DNA of 64,000 nt from NCBI GenBank assembly GCA_031417395.1, contig JANOVM010000024.1:1491-65490 (forward strand), given 5' to 3'. Both the position numbers and the translations under genes were made by a program. This DNA is from Bacteroidota bacterium (lineage in GTDB: Bacteria; Bacteroidota; Bacteroidia; AKYH767-A; 2013-40CM-41-45). Shown in pieces: positions 56,493 through 64,000 of the stretch. The stretch's first letter is position 1. Each line of letters starts with the position of its first letter. The notes under the pieces were generated by a model. It did not search any database, was not told the DNA's origin, and was given only the letters and a program-made list of their open reading frames with translations.

Positions 56493-57968
56493 ATGAACCA
56501 GGCTATAGAAACCAAACACCGGCAGATTTTATATAAAATTGCTCACCGTGCAATGATTGAAAGAGGTCTTTTGCCTGATTTTTCAAGTGAAGTTATTAAT
56601 GAAATGGAAAAAATTCCCGGTCCTGCCAAGAGGGGGAATACTGCTATACGTAATCAAAGAAAACTTCTTTGGTGTTCTATTGATAATGATGATTCCAGGG
56701 ATCTTGATCAGTTGACCACTGCTGAAGCAATGGATAATGGTTTTGTGAAAATATTTATTGCCATAGCTGATGTAGACGCATTAGTAAAAAAAATGTCAGC
56801 TATTGACAAACATGCCGGCCACAATACAACTTCAGTTTATACTTCGGGAGGAATATTCCCCATGCTTCCTGAAAAATTATCTACTAATTATACAAGTCTT
56901 AATTTAAATTCTGAACGTCTTTCAATAGTTGTTGAAATGATTATTGATTCAGATGGAGCATTGAAAAGTTATGATATTTATCGATCGCTAGTTTTCAATT
57001 ATGCCAAGTTGGCATACAATAGTGTTGCGCAATGGTTAGAGGGTAAGGGTCCAATGCCTGAAGCCATGGCATCTGTAAAAGGTCTTGCTGAGAATATTCG
57101 GATTCAGAAAACAATATCAGAAAAAATGAGGACACTCCGTTATCTTCATGGAGCTCTGGACCTTGAAACTATAGAAGCTAATTTTATTTTTTCCGGTGAT
57201 TCGCTTCAAAGTATTGAAGCGCAAAAGGGAAATGAAGCAAAAGAAATTATTCAGGATTTTATGATTGCTGCCAACGGAGCAACAGCGCGATTTTTAGAAG
57301 ATAAGAAAATTCCTTCTATCAGAAGAGTAGTTCGAACACCTAAAAGATGGGATAGGATTGTTGAAGTTGCAGCAGAACATAAATTTAAACTTCCGATTCA
57401 ACCTGATTCAAAAGAACTCGATAAATTTTTGACATATGCCAGAGCGAATTTCACCGAAAGCTTCCCCGATATTTCTCTAGCCATTATTAAATTATTGGGT
57501 TCCGGTGAATATGTTATAGAACTTCCCGGTGCAGATTCGGGCGGGCATTTCGGTTTAGCTGTTAAGGATTATTCGCATTCAACAGCTCCCAATCGTCGTT
57601 ACCCTGATCTGGTAACGCAACGATTATTAAAAGCAGCCATATCCGGAAACAGTCAACCTTATTCTGTTGAAGACCTGCAGGAATTGGCTGTTCATTGCAC
57701 GGAACTAGAAGATGCAGCCCGAAAGGTGGAGCGACAGGTTCAGAAGTCTGCAGCTGCTATGTTGCTTGAATCCAGAATAGGAGAACAGTTTGATGCTATT
57801 GTTACCGGAGTGTCTGATAAAGGAACCTGGGTTCGTTTACTTAATCCTCCTGTTGAAGGCAGGCTTATGCATGGATTGGAAGGAATCGATATTGGAAACA
57901 AGATCAGGGTTCAATTGATGGATACAAATGTTGAAAAGGGGTTTATTGATTTTAAGAGAATTGGTTAA
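56493..57968 (+). CDS. Short RNB-domain (RNase II/R-family) 3'-5' exoribonuclease with C-terminal S1-like domain
   Basis: SIDNDDSRDLDQ, AIADV, TSVY, FMIAAN, HFGLA, YSHSTAPNRRYPDL. Confidence 0.9.
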   Translation: MNQAIETKHRQILYKIAHRAMIERGLLPDFSSEVINEMEKIPGPAKRGNTAIRNQRKLLWCSIDNDDSRDLDQLTTAEAMDNGFVKIFIAIADVDALVKKMSAIDKHAGHNTTSVYTSGGIFPMLPEKLSTNYTSLNLNSERLSIVVEMIIDSDGALKSYDIYRSLVFNYAKLAYNSVAQWLEGKGPMPEAMASVKGLAENIRIQKTISEKMRTLRYLHGALDLETIEANFIFSGDSLQSIEAQKGNEAKEIIQDFMIAANGATARFLEDKKIPSIRRVVRTPKRWDRIVEVAAEHKFKLPIQPDSKELDKFLTYARANFTESFPDISLAIIKLLGSGEYVIELPGADSGGHFGLAVKDYSHSTAPNRRYPDLVTQRLLKAAISGNSQPYSVEDLQELAVHCTELEDAARKVERQVQKSAAAMLLESRIGEQFDAIVTGVSDKGTWVRLLNPPVEGRLMHGLEGIDIGNKIRVQLMDTNVEKGFIDFKRIG

Positions 57969-58177
57969 AATTATTCTCATTTGAATAAATTTAATAAGTA
58001 GCTTTAAGTATTTTCTATAATTAACCGGGAATTAATTTTTGATGTTAACCAACTAAATAGCTCAATTAGCCAAATGGCGGACAGTTTTGTTGTTTTTTTT
58101 AGTTAAATTTAAGGATTATATTAACTAATTTTGCCATTCTATTTTCCTGCAATAGTTATGGGGAGTTACACTTATCA

Positions 58178-60475
58178 ATGAAAATTTATTTTAAATATTT
58201 TTTTGCAATTTATTTTTTTTGCTTTACTCATGTTCTGTATAGTCAAACGTATAACATGGCATCAGGGACAATTACAACTTGTTCGGGTACTTTTTATGAT
58301 CAGGGTGGCGCAGGGAACTATGCAAATAATTTAAATGTTACGGAAACATTTTGTGCAACGGCAGGAAGTTGCCTTTCGATGAACTTCACTTCCTTTCGTA
58401 CACAGGGAGGAAACGATGTTTTAACGATTTACGATGGCCCAAATGCAGCATCGCCAATTATTGGAGCCTTCTCCGGAACAACTTCTCCCGGTGTGGTTAC
58501 AGCCAGTACAGGATGCCTGACCTTTGTTTTTGTTTCTAATGGCTCAACGGTAAGAGCCGGCTGGCAAGCCACTATTAACTGCAGCGCTTGTGCAACAAAT
58601 TACATCTTAAACAATAACACTACTGTTAATACTTGTACCGGTTTGTTTTACGATAGCGGGGGAAGTGCAGGAAACTACGGTACCACTGATAATTATACTA
58701 AGACATTTTGTTCTTCCAATGGAAAATGTATTCAGATGGAATTTACTTCTTTCAATACAAAAGCCGGAGACATTCTTTCTGTTTATAATGGTCCTACCAC
58801 AGCATCAGCATTAATTGGAGCATTTTCAGGAACAACTCTTCCTCCTGTATTGTTATCATCAACCGGTTGCCTTACTGTTCAGTTTATTTCTAATGGGAAT
58901 GCCCAAGTTTCTTCCGGATGGCAGGCAATTATTACCTGTGAAACTTGTCCTACTGTGCCGGGTGCTGCAAATTATACTCATCCTATAACAGGTTTGCAGA
59001 ATTCTTACGTTGGAGTGAATATGGTAAATACATGCGGAGGTACATACACTGATAACGGAGGAACAGCATCTAATTATTCCAATGGAATTAATAATATTTA
59101 CCGTACTTTTTGTCCATCGCAAGCAGGAAAATGTTTGCGTGCGAACTTTTGGAGTTTAGATGTTGAAACAACCTTTGATAACCTTACCATATTAAATGGT
59201 CCGACACAGAACAGTCCGCAGTTTGGTGCAGGATCATCCTGGAGTGGAACAGCGTCTTCTTATGCAGCTGCAATGGGAGCAGGAATAGGGCCGTATACAT
59301 CAACAGATCAAAGCGGTTGTTTAACATTCAGATTTTCATCTGACAATTCCATTAACCAATCCGGATGGGTGGTAACGTTTGATTGCATTTCATGTGCGAA
59401 TGGACCCAATGGAACTGATAATAACGATTGCCAAAAATTCGTACCTATTTGTTCTAACCAGGGATTTACCGATGCAAGTACAGGACCCGGAATAGTTTCA
59501 GAAGGGGGTGGAGGCTGTGTGCTGAGTGAGAATTTCAGTAATTGGTATAAAATTGTCATTCAGGCAAGTGGTACCCTTGGTTTAAATATTGTTCCAAATG
59601 TTGCGGCTGACGATTATGATTTTGCACTTTATCAGTCAGCCTCGTGTGCATCTTTGGGAACACCTGTTAGATGTTCTTATGCATCGAATACCGGAACGAC
59701 GGGAATGGACAATGCTTTGAATCTTTCTACGAATACGGCAATTTGTGGAACTCCAAATAATGGTTCAGATCTAAGTGAAGATGTTTGTGGTAATGGCTGG
59801 GTAAATTCAATCAATGTTACAGCAGGACAAGTTTATTATTTATTGGTGAATAAATGGACACCCGGTGGCAGTGGATTTACATTGAATTGGGTTTTGACAG
59901 GAGGCGCTTCTCTAAATTGTTCAATTCTTCCAATTGAATTATTGAGTTTTGATGCTGAACCATCAGGCAAGGTTGTAGAATTAATTTGGGAAACAGCTTC
60001 AGAAATTAATAATAAATATTTTATAGTAGAGAAAAGCGAAGACTCAGAAAATTTCACTCCTGTACAAATTCTTGATGGTGCGGGTAATAGTACCACTTTA
60101 AGAACGTATAAAACCATTGATTCAGAACCCTACGAAGGTATTTCGTATTACAGATTAAAACAGATTGATTTTGACGGGCAATTTACCTATTCGGAAACCA
60201 GAGCAGTGCGGTTTAATAAAAATCAGAACAGTTTATTGTTAATGCCAAATCCTGCACAGAAAGAAGTACAGATTTATTTTTCCATTGGCGAATTACCATC
60301 GGCAATAATAGCTTTGTATGACATGGATGGAAGGGAAGTCCTTCGTAAAAATATTAGAGCAATTTCGGGCATTAACCAATTTCCACTGGATATCAGTTTA
60401 CTTGACAAAGGAATTTATATTCTATCGGTAAGCAATGAAATGCAGTCGATGAAAACAAGGTTGATTGTTCAATAA
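58178..60475 (+). CDS. T9SS-secreted protein with three CUB domains and a Cys-rich region
   Basis: CSGTFYD.GG..NY, D.LTIYDGP, GCLTF.F.S..GW repeated three times; LPIELLSF Ig domain; PNP CTD. Confidence 0.9.
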   Translation: MKIYFKYFFAIYFFCFTHVLYSQTYNMASGTITTCSGTFYDQGGAGNYANNLNVTETFCATAGSCLSMNFTSFRTQGGNDVLTIYDGPNAASPIIGAFSGTTSPGVVTASTGCLTFVFVSNGSTVRAGWQATINCSACATNYILNNNTTVNTCTGLFYDSGGSAGNYGTTDNYTKTFCSSNGKCIQMEFTSFNTKAGDILSVYNGPTTASALIGAFSGTTLPPVLLSSTGCLTVQFISNGNAQVSSGWQAIITCETCPTVPGAANYTHPITGLQNSYVGVNMVNTCGGTYTDNGGTASNYSNGINNIYRTFCPSQAGKCLRANFWSLDVETTFDNLTILNGPTQNSPQFGAGSSWSGTASSYAAAMGAGIGPYTSTDQSGCLTFRFSSDNSINQSGWVVTFDCISCANGPNGTDNNDCQKFVPICSNQGFTDASTGPGIVSEGGGGCVLSENFSNWYKIVIQASGTLGLNIVPNVAADDYDFALYQSASCASLGTPVRCSYASNTGTTGMDNALNLSTNTAICGTPNNGSDLSEDVCGNGWVNSINVTAGQVYYLLVNKWTPGGSGFTLNWVLTGGASLNCSILPIELLSFDAEPSGKVVELIWETASEINNKYFIVEKSEDSENFTPVQILDGAGNSTTLRTYKTIDSEPYEGISYYRLKQIDFDGQFTYSETRAVRFNKNQNSLLLMPNPAQKEVQIYFSIGELPSAIIALYDMDGREVLRKNIRAISGINQFPLDISLLDKGIYILSVSNEMQSMKTRLIVQ

Positions 60476-60484
60476 CAAAAGTTA

Positions 60485-61021
60485 TTATTCAACAATAAAC
60501 TTTCCCCGCATCATAGAATAATGTCCCGGGTAGCTGCAAATAAATTCATACGTCCCTTTTTCCGGTGCAGGAAACGTTATTGTTGTTGATTTACCCGGAG
60601 GAGCAATGCTAGTTGCCACATAAACTTCTTTAGTTTTTGGAACATAATTTTCAGCCACTCCTGCTTTTAAACCCTTTGCAGCAACACTATCGGCAGCGCC
60701 TAAGTCAATCAAAACAAAGTTGTGCTGCATGGAAGCATCCGTGGCTTCATTCACAAGAGTAAGTTTGACCGTGCATCCTGATTTAACTTTGATTTCAGTA
60801 AGGTTGAATTTCATTTCGGCCATATTGTTTCCTTTGGCAAGCAGGTTTATTTCTGTTACCGGTGCAGAAGGGTCAATCTTTGAAGCATCGTACGTTGATT
60901 CAGTCATTAGTGACGAAGAAGGGTTTTCAACAGGAGCTTCTTTTTTCTGTTCCGGCTGATTACAGGAAGTCAGAGGATAGAGACCAATTAAGGTTAATAG
61001 TATTGCAATTAAGTTTTTCAT
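60485..61021 (-). CDS. Azurin/auracyanin-like blue copper lipoprotein
   Basis: Lipobox LTSC; type-1 Cu ligands HNFVL...CSYPGHYSMM. Confidence 0.92.
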   Translation of the reverse strand: MKNLIAILLTLIGLYPLTSCNQPEQKKEAPVENPSSSLMTESTYDASKIDPSAPVTEINLLAKGNNMAEMKFNLTEIKVKSGCTVKLTLVNEATDASMQHNFVLIDLGAADSVAAKGLKAGVAENYVPKTKEVYVATSIAPPGKSTTITFPAPEKGTYEFICSYPGHYSMMRGKFIVE

Positions 61022-61234
61022 TTTTATTTAAATTTGGTATGGATTAATTAATTAACTTTTATTTAAAGGAGATTAAAGAGTGATTATAAATTTATAAGTT
61101 TTGCATTAAAGGTAGTGTTTTCAAAGGACTTAATTATAAATCGTTTTTAAAAAGGTAATATGAAATGATGAGAAGTTTGATTATTTGTAAAGCGAAACTT
61201 TTCCACTACATTTGATTCTTAAATAAATTATTGC

Positions 61235-62494
61235 ATGGCTAATCTGGCATTGTTTATAAAAGTAATGACGGCATTAATCGTCATTATTGTAATGGCTCAG
61301 TTTATTGGCAGACTTATAAGATATATTGGTCAGCCAGCCGTTGTGGGTGAGATGATTGCCGGCGTTCTTTTGGGGCCTACTGTATTTGGGTTTTTCGCTC
61401 CTGAAATTTCTGCTTTTGTTTTTCCAAAGGAAATTATGCCTACACTTTTTATTATAAGCAATCTTGGACTTTCTATATATATGTTTCTTGTCGGGGCCGA
61501 ATTGGACTTAAGCTTATTTACCCGGAAGACACTGAAAGATGCAACAGCATTGTCAATTGCTGCTATAGTAGTTCCGTTTATTTTTGGCGGTGTATCAGCA
61601 TTGATTTTCAACGATGAAATCAATAAAATGCATATTGATAAAATTTCATTGTTTATTTTTTTAGGTACGGCTTTGGCAATTACTGCTTTTCCCATGTTGG
61701 CCCGGATATTACAGGAAAGAAATCTGATGAACTCCCGTTTGGGTGTTTTATCAATGCTGTCTGCAAGTATTCAAGATGTAATAAGCTGGATTTTTCTTGG
61801 TGTAGTAACAATCATGTGTACTACTAAGGAGTATTCAGGAATACTAGTAATGATTATCGGTGTTGCAGTATTTATATTCCTGATTTTTTATATTGTTCGT
61901 CCTATGTTGGATAAGATTGCTGCTAAGGTTCATTCATTTGTTGATCTGACTCCACTACGATTTGGTATTGTATTCCTATTGCTATTGGTTTCTGCATTAA
62001 TAACAGATAGTCTTGGATTGTATTCCGTTTTCGGCGGCTTTATTTTAGGATTGGCATTGCCGCGTAAAGGATTCTTTATAGAAGCAATTTCCATGAGAAT
62101 AAAGGATCTTACTGTTATTGTGCTGCTGCCTGTGTTTTTTACTTTTTCAGGATTAAATACAAACATTCTTAAACTGGGTAGTATAAGTTTAATTATTCCC
62201 ACATTGGGCATTCTGCTTTTCTCTTTTGCAAGCAAATATTTCAGCTGTATGTTTACCATGCGCTTTGTCAGCAAATTTAGCTGGAGAGAATCGTCTGCTA
62301 TGGGAGCACTTATTAATTCGCGTGGTTTGATGGAATTAATTATTGCCAACATTGGTTTGTCGTACGGTTTAATTGACGGAGATTTATATTCAATTTTAGT
62401 ACTGGTAGCTGTTTGTTCTACACTTGCTGCACTTCCCCTTTACTCAATTTCTATGGGAAAGCAGGAGCAAAGTATTGCTGCAATTAAAGTTTAG
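61235..62494 (+). CDS. CPA2-family cation/H+ antiporter (no KTN domain)
   Basis: QPAVVGEMIAGVLLGP, ITAFPMLARIL, NSRGLMEL; -7 TACATTTG at 61207. Confidence 0.9.
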   Translation: MANLALFIKVMTALIVIIVMAQFIGRLIRYIGQPAVVGEMIAGVLLGPTVFGFFAPEISAFVFPKEIMPTLFIISNLGLSIYMFLVGAELDLSLFTRKTLKDATALSIAAIVVPFIFGGVSALIFNDEINKMHIDKISLFIFLGTALAITAFPMLARILQERNLMNSRLGVLSMLSASIQDVISWIFLGVVTIMCTTKEYSGILVMIIGVAVFIFLIFYIVRPMLDKIAAKVHSFVDLTPLRFGIVFLLLLVSALITDSLGLYSVFGGFILGLALPRKGFFIEAISMRIKDLTVIVLLPVFFTFSGLNTNILKLGSISLIIPTLGILLFSFASKYFSCMFTMRFVSKFSWRESSAMGALINSRGLMELIIANIGLSYGLIDGDLYSILVLVAVCSTLAALPLYSISMGKQEQSIAAIKV

Positions 62495-63597
62495 GATTTA
62501 AGATCTGAAATTGAAGTCCAGGCATTTTGTGCAAATAAATCCCAATTGAATTTTTTCAAATGCTTTTTCATACCATCCCCTAAGACATTGCGTATGGATG
62601 GATCATTGGAAGTCGTTAGCATGTGTTTTGAAAGTGCTTCAGGATCGTTAGCGTTGAAATAGTATGTTATTTCCCCGCCTGCTTCATGCAAACTCGAATT
62701 GTCGGATGTAATTACCGGTGTTCCGCAACTCATGGATTCAACAATAGGTAAACCGAATCCTTCGTATAAAGATGGATAAATTAAAGCCGTTGCCTGAGAG
62801 TAGAGTGGAGGCAGGTCTGCACTATCGACAAAGCCTGTACAAATAATGTGGTCTTTATAGGGATGAATTTTCAATGCATGGAGAAAGGACTCCGATTTCC
62901 AGCCAATACCTCCGGCAATAACGAGCGTAAATGGCTTTTTGTTTGTCTGCATGAAGACTCGGAAAGCATCCAGTAATACCAATAAATTTTTTCTTGGTTC
63001 AATGGTGCCGACAAAAATAAAATAAGGAGTATTGATATTATGTTTTTCTAATGTCTGCCTATTGATTGTAGGTTTAAAAATATCACTGATTCCCGGATAA
63101 ATTCGTTTTACTTTGCCGGCATTTTGCGGATAGACTTTTCCAATATCTTTTGCAGTATTATCGGAATTGGCAATTATAAGATCAGCTTTGTCGAGGATTT
63201 TTCTAAGAAAGATTTTTTGTAGAATCTGGCTATGCCATCTGTGTAATTTTGGAAATAGTATAGGAGTCAGATCGTGAATGATGGTAATTCGCTTGATGTG
63301 TTTAGAGAGGTTAAAGGGGCCAAAGTGAGCAGGCTCTAAAACAGCATCTATTTTCTTAAAATAAATGATTAATGGTACAAGTATGAATAAACGAATCGAA
63401 GCAAAACCTATAGGTAATCGTGAATTCCAAATTGAAATTTGTTCAGTTCCTGTTAAAGCTGTGTCTTTTTTTTCGCGGATGAGAATAATTTCATGCCCCG
63501 GATTGTTTCGTATCATTGCATCTACCATCTCTTTTGTAAAAACATGAATACCTGCATGCTGATTGTCTATGGGGTCCGCTAAGATGGCTAAACGCAT
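62491..63597 (-). CDS. Glycosyltransferase family 4 (WbpY/mannosyltransferase-like)
   Basis: IHDLTP, VGTIEPRKNL, YPSLYEGFGLPIVESMSCG. Confidence 0.93.
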   Translation of the reverse strand: MRLAILADPIDNQHAGIHVFTKEMVDAMIRNNPGHEIILIREKKDTALTGTEQISIWNSRLPIGFASIRLFILVPLIIYFKKIDAVLEPAHFGPFNLSKHIKRITIIHDLTPILFPKLHRWHSQILQKIFLRKILDKADLIIANSDNTAKDIGKVYPQNAGKVKRIYPGISDIFKPTINRQTLEKHNINTPYFIFVGTIEPRKNLLVLLDAFRVFMQTNKKPFTLVIAGGIGWKSESFLHALKIHPYKDHIICTGFVDSADLPPLYSQATALIYPSLYEGFGLPIVESMSCGTPVITSDNSSLHEAGGEITYYFNANDPEALSKHMLTTSNDPSIRNVLGDGMKKHLKKFNWDLFAQNAWTSISDLKS

Positions 63598-63600
63598 GCT

Positions 63601-64000
63601 TCAATTATTTTTTATTATTCCTTCATAAACTTTCAAGGTATCGTAAATGCATTTTCTCCAGCTGAATTCGAAAGAGCGGTGAAGTGATTTTTGGGCATAG
63701 TGTTCCCGTAACTCTTTATCAAAATAGATTTTTTGCATTTGTTCTTTGATGTTGTTTACATTGTCAGCCATTGCAGGAAGTCCGGCTTCACCAATTACTT
63801 CTTTTAGGGAACTGTTGTTGCCATAAATAACTGGAGTCCGACACCGCATTGCTTCTAATGGCGGCAAGCCGAAGCCTTCATAAAATGAAACGTAACAAAG
63901 TGCAACTGCTTCTGAATAAAGTATGGGTAAATCGTTGTCGTCAACGTAGTCTGTAAAAATTATCCGTGGATTATCCAGATGTAGCTCTACATTCAAATGT
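63601..64000 (-). CDS. Glycosyltransferase family 4 (C-terminal part; 5' end outside window)
   Basis: [18 protein letters not shown]. Confidence 0.9.
   Translation of the reverse strand, partial: HLNVELHLDNPRIIFTDYVDDNDLPILYSEAVALCYVSFYEGFGLPPLEAMRCRTPVIYGNNSSLKEVIGEAGLPAMADNVNNIKEQMQKIYFDKELREHYAQKSLHRSFEFSWRKCIYDTLKVYEGIIKNN

Overview
Chromosomal segment of an AT-rich Bacteroidota genome, judged from many T9SS C-terminal-domain proteins, TAnnTTTG -7 promoters and the proS/OmpP1 synteny. (1) 1-16.5 kb is a signalling and secretion block: a 5'-truncated S8 protease with a (NGRGVL)6 repeat, a divergent HD hydrolase / cNMP-binding histidine kinase pair, a GAF-PAS hybrid kinase with a LytTR regulator, and three T9SS-type cargo genes plus a leader-only mini-protein. 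These last genes are preceded by 21-bp-phased operator-like arrays and a shared ECF-like promoter. (2) 16.7-39.8 kb is mostly core genes (DEDDh/GIY-YIG nuclease, MFS sugar transporter, GlcNAc-kinase-like protein, lpxH, M1 peptidase, TlpA, PNP, lpxK, Nif3, Zn-ribbon, OmpP1/FadL, proS, tRNA-Glu). (3) 39.83-46.26 kb is a compact ~6.4 kb integrative element in tRNA-Glu, with a 13-bp att core and matching arm-type sites. It encodes integrase, an RteC-like regulator, excisionase, a coupled leader peptide with a putative counter-transcribed RNA, an unclassified Rep-like protein followed by an iteron/AT-rich ori-like region, a TerS-like DUF5681 protein, a long structured RNA leader and secreted cargo. 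This is the best candidate for an undescribed system (a PICI-like phage satellite of Bacteroidota). (4) 46.3-64 kb is accessory: a sensor-less histidine kinase built from 12 x 21-aa coiled-coil repeats with three receiver genes, an M14 carboxypeptidase, hipBA with palindromic operators, TonB, YdeI, an RNB nuclease, a CUB protein, an azurin-like lipoprotein, a CPA2 antiporter and GT4s. All calls come from reading motifs by eye; no database searches or folding programs were run.
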